Under the pieces are notes generated by a model. That model did no database searches, was not told where the DNA came from, and saw nothing but the letters and a program-made list of their open reading frames with translations. A stretch of 64,000 nt of DNA, from the NCBI GenBank assembly GCA_025057995.1, contig JANXEW010000004.1:24801-88800 (forward strand), in the 5' to 3' direction. Shown piece by piece: positions 36,079 through 45,460 of the stretch; position 1 is the first letter of the stretch; each line of letters opens with the position of its first letter. The DNA comes from Thermofilaceae archaeon. GTDB taxonomy: Archaea > Thermoproteota > Thermoprotei > Thermofilales > Thermofilaceae. A program made the position numbers and the translations under genes.

Positions 36079-36993
36079 CTACTCTAAGATTACCGCGTTG
36101 TCTATCTCGCCGTCTCCGTCTTCGTCGAGTCCTTCAACGACGTGAGCGTACGCTCCGCGATCGTGGGAGTTGGGTTCAGCTAGTTTCACGCCCTGCTTGT
36201 AGAGAGCCGAGAAAGCTGCTTTCGTGCCCGAGAGATGCACGCCAGCTATTAAAAGGAGTAAACCTTCGCCAAAGGGGTTTTCAACGAGTTCAATTACACC
36301 GCAGTTGTCGTCGCTGTACGTCTTCCCGCTACAGAGTGAAAACAGCGAGAACCCTTTTTCATGATCGAAGCGTATTGGGAGAAAGTCGTTCGCCCGTGCC
36401 GCAATCATGTTAGCTGCTGGACCCCCTATCACTATCAGGTTAGAGGAGGTGAGGTCGAGCCGCGGGTCTGTATCAAGAGTTACGGCTAGGCGGGCAGTTG
36501 AACCGTAGGCGACGCCTATGGAGTAAGCAAGGCTAACTCCCAGGTAATGGTCACGACCCCTGCCCCTAAATGGTCCGTGAGGTTCGGGACTCCCGAGGAC
36601 CATGACGACCGGTTTACCGTTTTGAAAAAGATGTTCGAGGAGAGGTGAAAGGGTTATAGTTTGACCCTCTTCTCTACGCTTGAACAGGACGACCGCGCCG
36701 TCTGCGATGGCCTTGTACCTAATAGCGATCGCTCCACGTCTACGAGAAGTTTCAGACTCTTGGATGAGCCCCACCTCCTTAAGTTTAGCAACATGGTAGT
36801 AGAGAAGTTGTTCATCTATCCCCAGTTCCCTCGCTAGATCCATTGAGTAGCGGGGCTCAGCCGAGATCAGGCTCATAATCTTTAACCGGATGGGGTGGGT
36901 TAGGGCTTTTAAAGACTCTGTGTCACAAAGTTCAATTACGTATCCTACCAATCTGCCGTTAGATGGGTTGGACACTGCTAGCCAGCCAGCCAT
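36079..36993 (-). CDS. ArsR-type winged-helix regulator fused to an uncharacterised domain of about 200 aa
   Basis: LKALTHPIRLKIMSLISAEPRYSMDLARELGIDEQLLYYHVAKLKEVGLI. Confidence 0.7.
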   Translation of the reverse strand: MAGWLAVSNPSNGRLVGYVIELCDTESLKALTHPIRLKIMSLISAEPRYSMDLARELGIDEQLLYYHVAKLKEVGLIQESETSRRRGAIAIRYKAIADGAVVLFKRREEGQTITLSPLLEHLFQNGKPVVMVLGSPEPHGPFRGRGRDHYLGVSLAYSIGVAYGSTARLAVTLDTDPRLDLTSSNLIVIGGPAANMIAARANDFLPIRFDHEKGFSLFSLCSGKTYSDDNCGVIELVENPFGEGLLLLIAGVHLSGTKAAFSALYKQGVKLAEPNSHDRGAYAHVVEGLDEDGDGEIDNAVILE

Positions 36994-37080
36994 TGCTCTA
37001 AAGGATCTTTTAACGGTATAATTAACTTTATTTTAAAACCCTATGTGTAGTGTTTAAGAGCGAAACGATTGATCAGTTTT

Positions 37081-37094
37081 CTTTCCCAGGAAAG
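37081..37094. promoter_or_regulatory. palindrome CTTTCC-CA-GGAAAG next to an A/T-rich box in a divergent promoter region
   Basis: 6-2-6 palindrome at 37081..37094, immediately followed by AATAAAATAAAA, 30-43 nt upstream of the ATG at 37124. Confidence 0.3.
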
Positions 37095-37123
37095 AATAAA
37101 ATAAAACGTGCTGTAGCCTTGCT

Positions 37124-38425
37124 ATGCAAGTCGCAATCTTTGAAGATGAACTCGTCAACAATTTCCTACCTCTCACGTACACGAAGGCTGTTTTCGACTT
37201 GAGAGTAGGGCGTTTTACTCTAGTCGAGCGCATCAGCTCGCTCTTGGGTAAGGTGGACTTAGCTTTAGTTAGATCTCACCTTGCTGAGTATTATCGACTT
37301 GAGCGGGATCTAAAGACGCGAGTCGACGATATAGAGGACGACCTCTTGCTTGTTAACGCGAGGTACGCGCTTGATGAGGAGACGTTACTAAAACTGGGTG
37401 AGCTTAACGCAGAAAAGAAGGGGGTTGTGCTCGTGCAGGGGGGATACGTCATCGGCGCCGCCATACCTTACTCTATCGCGAAGGAGGCTATCGGCACGCA
37501 CCTTGACATCTTGGACTTCCTGAATAAGGTCAGAGGTTGCTTGCCTATCCTTGAAGTGGGAGATGCCCGAGCGCTGCTCCACCTTTGGGATCTCATCGAG
37601 TTTAACAGCGATGTTCTAGCAAAAGATCTTGGCAGAACGGGACGTCTACTAGGTGAAGTCGACGAGACTGTAAAAATCTTCGGCAGAGATAAGGTGACGG
37701 TGGAAGAGAAGGCTGTCATCGAACCCTACGTTGTACTCGACGCTAGGGGTGGACCTATTCTGGTGGAAGAGGGGGCTCACGTAAAAACTTTCGCTTACGT
37801 AGAGGGGCCAGCATACATTGCGAAAGGGACAGTCATCATGCCTGGAGCTAGAGTGAGATCTGGATGTTCGATCGGTCCGGTGTGCAGGGTGGGCGGAGAG
37901 GTAGAAGAGTCGATCATCCACGGCTACAGTAACAAGTACCACGACGGCTTCCTCGGCCACGCTTACGTGGGCGAATGGGTCAACTTGGGCGCACTTACGA
38001 CGAACAGCGATTTGAAGAACACGTACGGAACCGTGCGCATGAGCATGAGCGGAGGGATAGTTGACACGAAGTTAACTAAGATAGGCTCGTTTATAGCCGA
38101 TTTTGCTAAAACTAGTATTGGAACCCTCATCTACACTGGTAAGCGGGTTGGAGTAGCATCGCATCTCCACGGTCTTGTGCACGAGGATGTGCCGAGCTTC
38201 ACGATCTACGCTAAGTCGCTCGGTTGCGAACCTGTCGAATTGACTCTAGAGTCTGCTATTAAAACGGCTACGAGAATGATGGAGAGGAGAGGGGTCTCGC
38301 TGAGCAACAACGTTAAGCACCTGCTTGAGCGAGTCTTCTACCTAACTAGACCGGAAAGGGAAAGGCAGGGGGTTAGGGGTCAGCAGTTCAAACTGGCTGT
38401 GAAAAATATACATGAGTTCACATGA
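37124..38425 (+). CDS. nucleotidyltransferase-like protein with a left-handed beta-helix (hexapeptide-repeat) C-terminal half
   Basis: N-terminus QVAIFEDELVNNFLPLTYTKAVFDLRVG. Later hexapeptide-like repeats (IGPVCRVGGEVEESIIHGYSN..., VGEWVNLGALTTNSD). Confidence 0.6.
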   Translation: MQVAIFEDELVNNFLPLTYTKAVFDLRVGRFTLVERISSLLGKVDLALVRSHLAEYYRLERDLKTRVDDIEDDLLLVNARYALDEETLLKLGELNAEKKGVVLVQGGYVIGAAIPYSIAKEAIGTHLDILDFLNKVRGCLPILEVGDARALLHLWDLIEFNSDVLAKDLGRTGRLLGEVDETVKIFGRDKVTVEEKAVIEPYVVLDARGGPILVEEGAHVKTFAYVEGPAYIAKGTVIMPGARVRSGCSIGPVCRVGGEVEESIIHGYSNKYHDGFLGHAYVGEWVNLGALTTNSDLKNTYGTVRMSMSGGIVDTKLTKIGSFIADFAKTSIGTLIYTGKRVGVASHLHGLVHEDVPSFTIYAKSLGCEPVELTLESAIKTATRMMERRGVSLSNNVKHLLERVFYLTRPERERQGVRGQQFKLAVKNIHEFT

Positions 38426-38944
38426 GAATTATGTAAAAACCGTTTTCCATACTCCAGCCTGTTCTCAAGCTTAACTCGCACTCCTTTTTCCATCGATGTT
38501 CGTGCTCTTTTAGGCGTTTATAAGGAGGACAGTGCCCCCCTTCTGCCGATTAACAATCTTAAAAGTCACACACTAGAGCTTGCGTTTCCACTGCCTTCAG
38601 CTACCTTAACCCTTGAGAGCGAGAGCTTGGGTAGGAAGTACTGTCTCTCGGCAGCTTACGTCCTTGAGCTAGTTTTAAAGGCTGATAAGAGGATGCGCAT
38701 GAAGCTACCATCTTATCGTGGGACTGCTAGCCGCTTTCAACTGTTCTAAAGTTGAACGCTATAATCCGGTGCATATATTGCGAGAAAGGACACTTAGTTA
38801 CGGCAGCGATGATTCGAAATCGTTTGGTCTATTCTTCACGCTCAATTGATGGATTGGCCATGTGGGAAGAAATGGTCTCTCTAGCCTCTGGTGTTTTAAA
38901 CACTTGGCTAAGATATATTAACCATTTGTCTTAAACCCTACCCC

Positions 38945-39808
38945 ATGAGCACTATAGTACCTCTATTGCTTGTTACGCCTTTGATAGCCGCCCTTCATAT
39001 CTTTAGCGACAGCGGATACGCTGAGGAATCTAAACTTCAGCTCTACCTGCACGCTTTCTACGCGAAGATCGAGCCGGGGTTTGTCTGGTTGATCGATAAG
39101 TTGCTGAAGTCGAGGATACTAGGCGGGACAAGACCCGGTAGATTCATTCTCAAGCTGATAGGGAAGGCTCTATGGTTCCTACCTCACGGGGTGGTGATCG
39201 ACCATGAGGCTGCTTTAAGGCTTATAGATGAGATCCCAGAGGATTCGCATATAGCTGTGGGACCCTGTATTTGTAAGATGGGTATTGGGGCTAAGGCGGA
39301 ACCATATTATACAGATATGGTAATCATGTATGGAGCCTCAGCATACAAGACAGCTCACCCCGATGAGTTCAAGTTTTTAACCAAGGAAGAAGCTAAGAAG
39401 CTTTTAAAAGATTTTCGAGAGAATAATTTAGTTCATGAAGTTTTCGCATGTTTCCGATCGAAGAATTGGGCTTTTGTGATATGTAACTGCGATGCCCGCT
39501 ACTGCATTCCCACGAGAAGCTACATCTTAACTAAGGAGGGGGTCTATCCTGGCCCCCTAGTAGCTCAGGTTGATTTTGAGGGATGCTCTGGATTAAAAGA
39601 CTGTGGAACTTGCTTGAATATTTGTCCCTTCAAAGCCGTGTCCTCCAACGACGGCAAATCAAACGTTGATGTTAACAAGTGTATGGGCTGCGGCTTATGT
39701 ACCTACCGATGTCCCCGAGCCGCTCGAAGACTAGTGCCACGCGAGAACTACGACCCCCGCTTCCTTCCCATTGAACACACGCACCCGTGGTTAGTGAAAA
39801 AGAGCTAA
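38945..39808 (+). CDS. 4Fe-4S dicluster-domain protein
   Basis: CGTCLNICP and CMGCGLCTYRCP ferredoxin-type motifs, plus additional Cys (CICK, CNCDARYC). Confidence 0.7.
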   Translation: MSTIVPLLLVTPLIAALHIFSDSGYAEESKLQLYLHAFYAKIEPGFVWLIDKLLKSRILGGTRPGRFILKLIGKALWFLPHGVVIDHEAALRLIDEIPEDSHIAVGPCICKMGIGAKAEPYYTDMVIMYGASAYKTAHPDEFKFLTKEEAKKLLKDFRENNLVHEVFACFRSKNWAFVICNCDARYCIPTRSYILTKEGVYPGPLVAQVDFEGCSGLKDCGTCLNICPFKAVSSNDGKSNVDVNKCMGCGLCTYRCPRAARRLVPRENYDPRFLPIEHTHPWLVKKS

Positions 39809-39812
39809 ACTC

Positions 39813-40934
39813 CTACTCCCCAAACAACCTTCTCTTTATCCTCTCCATGTTAATTTTCCTCTCGCGAATCTTCTCCTTCGTCTTACTAAAGCGTTTATAG
39901 GCGGCGTCTAAGGCTTGAGTGACTGCTTGAACGGGTTCCCAAGATTCCGCTCTGGCTGAGTGAACGCCAACATCCAACTTTATTGAAACAAAAGCATCAT
40001 ATCTAACGTTAGCAGCTTTCTTCCTCCCTTTCAAAACGACGCTCATTTCTAGGAGCCTAGCTCTTTCGGCGACGCTTCTCGCCGTCTCTAAGCTCTTCAC
40101 GTATATGAGCCTCTGAGCTATGAAGTCCAGACCCTCTAAGCCTTCTACTCGCAAAGGCAACGTGGCCTCCTCAACGGCTGGAAGCAAGCGTCGAAGTAGA
40201 AGGTAGGGCGAAATTACACCGATAACCTCGCCTTTCTCATCTGTCACGATACAACCCTCCGCTATATCTTGCACTGTCGGGACTGTTCCACTCTCAACAA
40301 CTCTCTCAGCTTCAACCAGTAAACCTTTAACCGGTTGATCCAGGTAGTACTCAACGCTCCCAGCTACCTCGCCGCTGCGCCTCCTTTCTACGGGAGTCAC
40401 ATACACGTACCTTACTAGGTCGTAGATCTTCACAACACCTACCAGCTTACCGCTAGAAGCAACCGGTAGGAGCCTGAGCCCTACATCAGCCATGAGCTTC
40501 CTAGCTTTCTCAATAGGGTCATCGGGGGTCAGGGGCTTTAAGGGATAAGTGAGCAAGCCGGCTGGAACTTGAGGTTTCAAACCCATGGATAGGATTAACC
40601 TCCTGGCCGAGATGACTCCCGCTGGTCTCCCTCCTTCTCCCGCTGGCAAACCCGGGAAACCCGTTCGAACAAAAGCTCTAGCCACTTTTATGGGATCCGA
40701 AAAGTCTTCAAGGATCGGTACCTTTTCAAGAAAGCTCTTAACCTTGGTCTGAGAGTGAGCCCTCCGCTTAAGTAGTGAGAAGATGGATACCGCGCCTGCA
40801 TACACGTTGTCAGAGTCTACGACGGGAAGGGATGGGGTCTCGTGCCTCCACATAACTTCGGCCGCCATAGAAACGGGATCGTCCAGCCTCAAAGGCTGGA
40901 GCCGAATGACGACATCCTGAAAGAGGGCGGCCAC
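39813..40934 (-). CDS. four-CBS-domain protein with a C-terminal HPF/RaiA (S30AE)-like domain
   Basis: Residues 1-255 show four CBS-like repeats (e.g. LPVVDSDNVYAGAVSIFSLL, LLPVASSGKLVGVVKIYDLV). Residues about 259-360 align by eye with E. coli HPF: LRVEG..LDF/..LEMSVVLK../YDAFVSIKL/VHSARAE/..VQAVTQALDAAYKRFSKTKEK. Confidence 0.6.
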   Translation of the reverse strand: MAALFQDVVIRLQPLRLDDPVSMAAEVMWRHETPSLPVVDSDNVYAGAVSIFSLLKRRAHSQTKVKSFLEKVPILEDFSDPIKVARAFVRTGFPGLPAGEGGRPAGVISARRLILSMGLKPQVPAGLLTYPLKPLTPDDPIEKARKLMADVGLRLLPVASSGKLVGVVKIYDLVRYVYVTPVERRRSGEVAGSVEYYLDQPVKGLLVEAERVVESGTVPTVQDIAEGCIVTDEKGEVIGVISPYLLLRRLLPAVEEATLPLRVEGLEGLDFIAQRLIYVKSLETARSVAERARLLEMSVVLKGRKKAANVRYDAFVSIKLDVGVHSARAESWEPVQAVTQALDAAYKRFSKTKEKIRERKINMERIKRRLFGE

Positions 40935-40985
40935 GGTAAAAAAAGCCTTAAGCTAGTATAAAAGAAATTCGCATTGAACGGCCCC

Positions 40986-42335
40986 TCACCTGTAATGTTT
41001 AGGCATATCAACGTGAAAGGGGAGTCGGAGGATTTTCTCAACCAGCTGCTCCGCCTGCTCGCTCGATCTAGTCCAAGGATCCGTTAACACAAGTTCAACT
41101 AGCTGCTCCTTGTTCCCACCTTCATACGCTTCTAACTCCATTTCGACAGGCGCCACCCTATCTCTTAACGCGAAAGCTAGTACCGGCTTCGGTAGGCATT
41201 CAACCTCTAGCCCTCTGACGCCTCTACCATCAACGATCGCAGGAACCTCTACCTCAAAATCTGCCGGGATACCTGGAACGAGGTAACCTCTGTTAACCAC
41301 ATTAACTTGCAGCTTACGAGGAAAGTTGCAAGCGATCGACTCTATCAACGGCACAGTGTCCTCGCCAGACTTCTCCAGTGGGAAATTCTCGGTAACCTTT
41401 GCGGACGGGTCCTCGGCAACCTTTAAAACCTCTGACACCCTCGTGTTCAGCCAAGCGAAGTAGCTTGCCCACCAAGACTCCGGATCTTCATGCCATTTCC
41501 TTTCTCTCTCCTCGTCTACATGATACCACCAAGGCCATGAGCCGCCCCCGGGGGTACAAGTATCACCGATGGGGAAAACTTTAAACCTCCTATAGAGGTC
41601 CACGGCCTTGGGACCGAGAGCATCGCTGGGATAACACTTCTTCCAGTGTTCTACGGCTTTATTATTCACCCAATCGTTGACCTTCGGATACGCGTCTTCT
41701 CCATCCACACGTATTTCTGTCAACCAAATAAAGTGGTTTAGGCCGGGGGCGGTGAACTCAACCTTAGCCGGGTCGAGACCTATAGCGTCCGCAAGATAGT
41801 AGACGCCAGTGTAGCCGTGACAGAGTCCCACGATGTTCGCCTCGGGGTACTTGCGACCGAGGAGCGTAATACCTGCTAGGACGGGGTTCGCGAGCTGGAT
41901 ATACCATGCGTCAGGGCAAAGGTCAAGCACATCTTCGATTACCTCCTCGAACAGCTTGAATTGATAAAAGTTGATCCAGAACGCCTCATCATGCATTACG
42001 TGGAGACTCCCGCCGAACCTATAACCAAGATCCCTCGCCACCGCCCAACCGTCTCTAAGCCTGCTGTGCCCTGCAGCTAAGGCTGTGTTGACGACGAAGT
42101 CAGCGTCTCTCAATGCCTTCCTCCTATCTACAGCCTTCTCCAGCTTGTACTTGGCGCCCACCTCCTCACAGAGGCGCTTCATCAGAGCATACACTGCATT
42201 CAACCTCTCCACATTCACGTCTACGAGGCTGATGCAGGAACCGTAGAGGCTTGGCGTGAGCACTAGATCCCTAACTAAATTAAGAGAGAAAACCGCGCTG
42301 CCAGCACCGATCACGCAGACCTTGATGTCAGCCAC
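40986..42335 (-). CDS. GH4 family NAD+/Mn2+-dependent glycosidase (alpha-glucosidase/alpha-galacturonidase-like)
   Basis: KVCVIGAGSAVFSLNLVRD Rossmann start, and NPVLAGITLL...GLCHG with the conserved Cys-His. Confidence 0.8.
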   Translation of the reverse strand: MADIKVCVIGAGSAVFSLNLVRDLVLTPSLYGSCISLVDVNVERLNAVYALMKRLCEEVGAKYKLEKAVDRRKALRDADFVVNTALAAGHSRLRDGWAVARDLGYRFGGSLHVMHDEAFWINFYQFKLFEEVIEDVLDLCPDAWYIQLANPVLAGITLLGRKYPEANIVGLCHGYTGVYYLADAIGLDPAKVEFTAPGLNHFIWLTEIRVDGEDAYPKVNDWVNNKAVEHWKKCYPSDALGPKAVDLYRRFKVFPIGDTCTPGGGSWPWWYHVDEERERKWHEDPESWWASYFAWLNTRVSEVLKVAEDPSAKVTENFPLEKSGEDTVPLIESIACNFPRKLQVNVVNRGYLVPGIPADFEVEVPAIVDGRGVRGLEVECLPKPVLAFALRDRVAPVEMELEAYEGGNKEQLVELVLTDPWTRSSEQAEQLVEKILRLPFHVDMPKHYR

Positions 42336-42411
42336 GCTTTAACTTCCATCCGATTGTTAAACTCTTTCCCGTACAAACATCTTTAAATCGTAGAAGTGGT
42401 GAGGGTGCGCC

Positions 42412-43449
42412 GTGCTGACAGCATACTTGCTATCCTATGCTGCATCGTTCCTTCAAGCCCTCTTCCTACCTATGCTTTCACTCTACGCTAGCACCCTCGG
42501 TCTGAGCGAAGCGGAAGCTGGAGTCATCGCCGGTGTTGGCACCTTCCTCTACGTCCCCGTCTCGCTCTCCTCTGAGATTATAGCGCGCAGATACGGTTAC
42601 AGGTCTCCCATGGCTGCAGCACTTTTCACCATAGCTGCAGGCTACGCCTTCCTATCGGTTTCTAAAACCTCCCTCCAGCTCCTAGTAGCAGCTAGCCTAG
42701 TCTCGTTCGGTTACGGCATCTTCTGGCCCTCCGTCGAGAAGGCAGTCTCGGCTAGCGGAGGTTCTGCCAACACGTTCTCCATCTCCTGGAGCGCAGGAAG
42801 CCTTACAGGGGCTATAGTAATCTCACCTCTTCTCCAGCTGGGCTTTGAAGCGATCTACATCACCTGCTCATTGACCGCTCTATCACTAACCCCCCTACCT
42901 CTCAAGCTAGCCAAACGCAGTCTGCAGAATGAGGGGGCAGTAAAAGCTGGCCGCCTTTGGCACTCGTGGATACTTAGCGTAGGTTACTCCACTTCAGCCG
43001 GTGGAGTCCTCACATACTATCCTCTCTTGGCTGAGCGTCTAGGCTTACCCGGTTACAGCGTATCACTTGTAGTCTTCATCATGATGGCTGCTAGAACAGC
43101 AACGTTTTACATTCTCAAAGAGACGAAGCCGCCGGCGGTGCTGAGCATCCCCCTACTTCTCGCGATAGCTGCTACCCCCTTCAACACGAGCGTAACCGTC
43201 CACGCGATCCTGGCGGCTGCAGCCGGTGCTGGTCAAGGTATCATTTACACGCTAGCGCTCGAGGAAATTTTCAATGCTAAGGGTGCGTACACGTCGCTCT
43301 TTGAAGCTTTCATCGGTCTCGGCTACTCTGTTGGACCCTTGTTCGGCTCGGGCGCAAAGATGGTAGGCTTTGAACCTCTCCCGGCTTCTGCCGCCGCAGC
43401 TTCACTACTTTCTATACCAGGTCTTAGGAAAAAAGAAGTGAGGTTGTGA
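42412..43449 (+). CDS. MFS-like polytopic membrane transporter
   Basis: 345 aa with about 10-11 hydrophobic helices. GTG start. Confidence 0.6.
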   Translation: MLTAYLLSYAASFLQALFLPMLSLYASTLGLSEAEAGVIAGVGTFLYVPVSLSSEIIARRYGYRSPMAAALFTIAAGYAFLSVSKTSLQLLVAASLVSFGYGIFWPSVEKAVSASGGSANTFSISWSAGSLTGAIVISPLLQLGFEAIYITCSLTALSLTPLPLKLAKRSLQNEGAVKAGRLWHSWILSVGYSTSAGGVLTYYPLLAERLGLPGYSVSLVVFIMMAARTATFYILKETKPPAVLSIPLLLAIAATPFNTSVTVHAILAAAAGAGQGIIYTLALEEIFNAKGAYTSLFEAFIGLGYSVGPLFGSGAKMVGFEPLPASAAAASLLSIPGLRKKEVRL

Positions 43450-43899
43450 CTAACTCCTCTTGACCTCCACTCTTGAAGTGATTCTAGTACCCTTAGTGAG
43501 CGTATCGTAAACTGGACAGTGCTCCTCCGCGAACTTCAGTAGCTCAGTTACCCTCTCCACCGGCTCATCGCTTACTACGGTCGCGTTTACGATGACCTCT
43601 TGAAGACCTGGTCTCACGTCTGCAGCGCCGGTGAAGCCGGAGATATCCAGCTTTCCTGTGACCTCTACTTGCATAGACTTGATCCGCACCTTTCTCTCCG
43701 CCGCGTGGTACACCGTGGTTATTATGAAGCAACCAGCGAGCGAAGCCAGAAGGTATTCAATCGGGTTCGGTCCAGCCCCCGACCCACCCATTTCCTCTGG
43801 CTCATCAATTACGATAGTAAACTTCCCAGCTTTTGATTCTATCCTAAACCTCTCTACTTGGTTAGCTACTACTTTAAACCGAATAGTTTTTCCGTTCAC
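43450..43899 (-). CDS. OsmC-family peroxiredoxin-like protein
   Basis: GPNPIEYLLASLAGC and EEHCPV carry the two conserved Cys of OsmC/Ohr. Confidence 0.8.
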   Translation of the reverse strand: MNGKTIRFKVVANQVERFRIESKAGKFTIVIDEPEEMGGSGAGPNPIEYLLASLAGCFIITTVYHAAERKVRIKSMQVEVTGKLDISGFTGAADVRPGLQEVIVNATVVSDEPVERVTELLKFAEEHCPVYDTLTKGTRITSRVEVKRS

Positions 43900-43962
43900 A
43901 AGATACTTCTTATGACACTGGTATAAAAGCTTTGCTTTTAGCTCACGGTTAACTAGAACGGC

Positions 43963-44787
43963 TCAGCTGGTGGAAAGGAAGCTGCGAAGATTTTGAATAC
44001 CCGTCTTAGCAACACCAACCGGGTCCTCCACGGGAGAGAGGACTTCAACAGATAACCAACTGTCATAACCAACTTTCCTGAGAGCTCTTATTATATCGTT
44101 ATAATCTGCTGACCCCATACCCGGCGCTAAACCGTTCGTGTCATTTGCGTGGAAGTGAACGAGATATTGACCAGCTTCTTCAATGATCTCAGAGTACTCT
44201 CTAGCTTCATCGCTCATGCTGAAGACGTCGAGGTTTATTCGCAGGTACGGGGAACCCACTCTCTCTAGCACTTGTAGAGCCTCGCTCACGGTGTTGACCA
44301 CGTCCGTAAGGCTACGCGCTAGAGGTTCTATGGCGATGACAACGCCGCAGTCTTCAGCATACCTGCAAGCGCGCTTCAGGCTATCGATTAAAAAGGTCCA
44401 CGCGCTCTCGCGTCTCTGACCTGGCAGCGTGCTACGTTGCTTCGGCGAACCAAGTACCATAACCTTTCCCTCAAGGTCGGCGCAGAGACGAGCTAGTTCG
44501 CCCAAGTACTCGACAGTCCTGTCCCTCACGCTAAAGTCCGGGTGGACGAGACTTAAACCGGGCGGCGAGACGAGTAGCCAGTGAAGACCGCATATTTCAA
44601 GACCGTGGCTTCTAGCTATCTCTAGAATCCTCGATCGTTCGTGCTTGCAAATTACTCTAACGTCTGGAGCGAACGTATAGGGGGCTACCTCCACCCCCTC
44701 GAAACCCAGCTCTACTATCTTTTCCACCGATTCATGCCACGGTAGGGGAAGGAGTTCATTGCAGAGAGAGATCTTCAACGCTACCAC
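43963..44787 (-). CDS. xylose-isomerase-like TIM-barrel protein (sugar phosphate isomerase/epimerase family)
   Basis: GFEGVEVAP, IAIEPL, HFHANDTN, and SVEV blocks. Confidence 0.75.
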   Translation of the reverse strand: MVALKISLCNELLPLPWHESVEKIVELGFEGVEVAPYTFAPDVRVICKHERSRILEIARSHGLEICGLHWLLVSPPGLSLVHPDFSVRDRTVEYLGELARLCADLEGKVMVLGSPKQRSTLPGQRRESAWTFLIDSLKRACRYAEDCGVVIAIEPLARSLTDVVNTVSEALQVLERVGSPYLRINLDVFSMSDEAREYSEIIEEAGQYLVHFHANDTNGLAPGMGSADYNDIIRALRKVGYDSWLSVEVLSPVEDPVGVAKTGIQNLRSFLSTS

Positions 44788-45293
44788 TTGTCGAAGTGTA
44801 CGATCTGCTCAAGCGGCTTTCTATCGGTTACGGGCCCCTTCTCCTCCGCCGCGTATCCGAGCGGAGTCATGGCTACAACGCGTATGTGCTCAGGTATGCT
44901 CAGCACCTCTTTAACGACTTTCTCATCAAACGCGCCAATCCAGCAGGTCCCCAAACCCTCGTTCGCTGCAGCCAGGATAATGTGCTCCATCGCTATAGCC
45001 GCGTCAACCTTCCAGTACTCCTCTCCGTCACGCCTTCTCCACGCTGCACTGGGATCCGCGCAGACGACTATCACAACTGGAGCTTTTACAAACCATTCCC
45101 TGTCGTAAGCCTTCCGAAGTTGTTCCTTGACTTTCGCGTCCTTCACGACGATGAAGTGCCAAGGCTGCTTATTTGCTGCCGAGGGAGCCAGCCTCCCCGC
45201 TTCAAGGATCCTCATCAACTTCTCTTCCTCAACCGGATCAAGTTTGTAGGCGCGCACGCTCCTCCTCCTTCTGACAAGCTCGTAGAACTCCAC
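44781..45293 (-). CDS. nitroreductase-family flavoprotein
   Basis: RRRSVRAY and APSAANKQPWHFIVV motifs. Its 3' end overlaps the next gene's start by 7 nt. Confidence 0.85.
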   Translation of the reverse strand: MEFYELVRRRRSVRAYKLDPVEEEKLMRILEAGRLAPSAANKQPWHFIVVKDAKVKEQLRKAYDREWFVKAPVVIVVCADPSAAWRRRDGEEYWKVDAAIAMEHIILAAANEGLGTCWIGAFDEKVVKEVLSIPEHIRVVAMTPLGYAAEEKGPVTDRKPLEQIVHFDKW

Positions 45294-45460
45294 AAACTCG
45301 AAAACCTTGTGAGTTTAAAATAGTTAACTTTATGGGATTGTATCGATTGCTAGAAGCTATCCCCGGTTAAAGGGGATACGTATAACTCTTTTAAAGGGAC
45401 CTCAACCCAGTCGCAAATATAGCGAAAGCTTTTTCGTCGACATATCACGTATTCCAGCGC

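Noticed and set aside
44796-45323. 175-aa and 106-aa plus-strand ORFs
   Set aside because: They are antisense to the nitroreductase gene (RRSVRAY and PSAANKQPW motifs on the minus strand).
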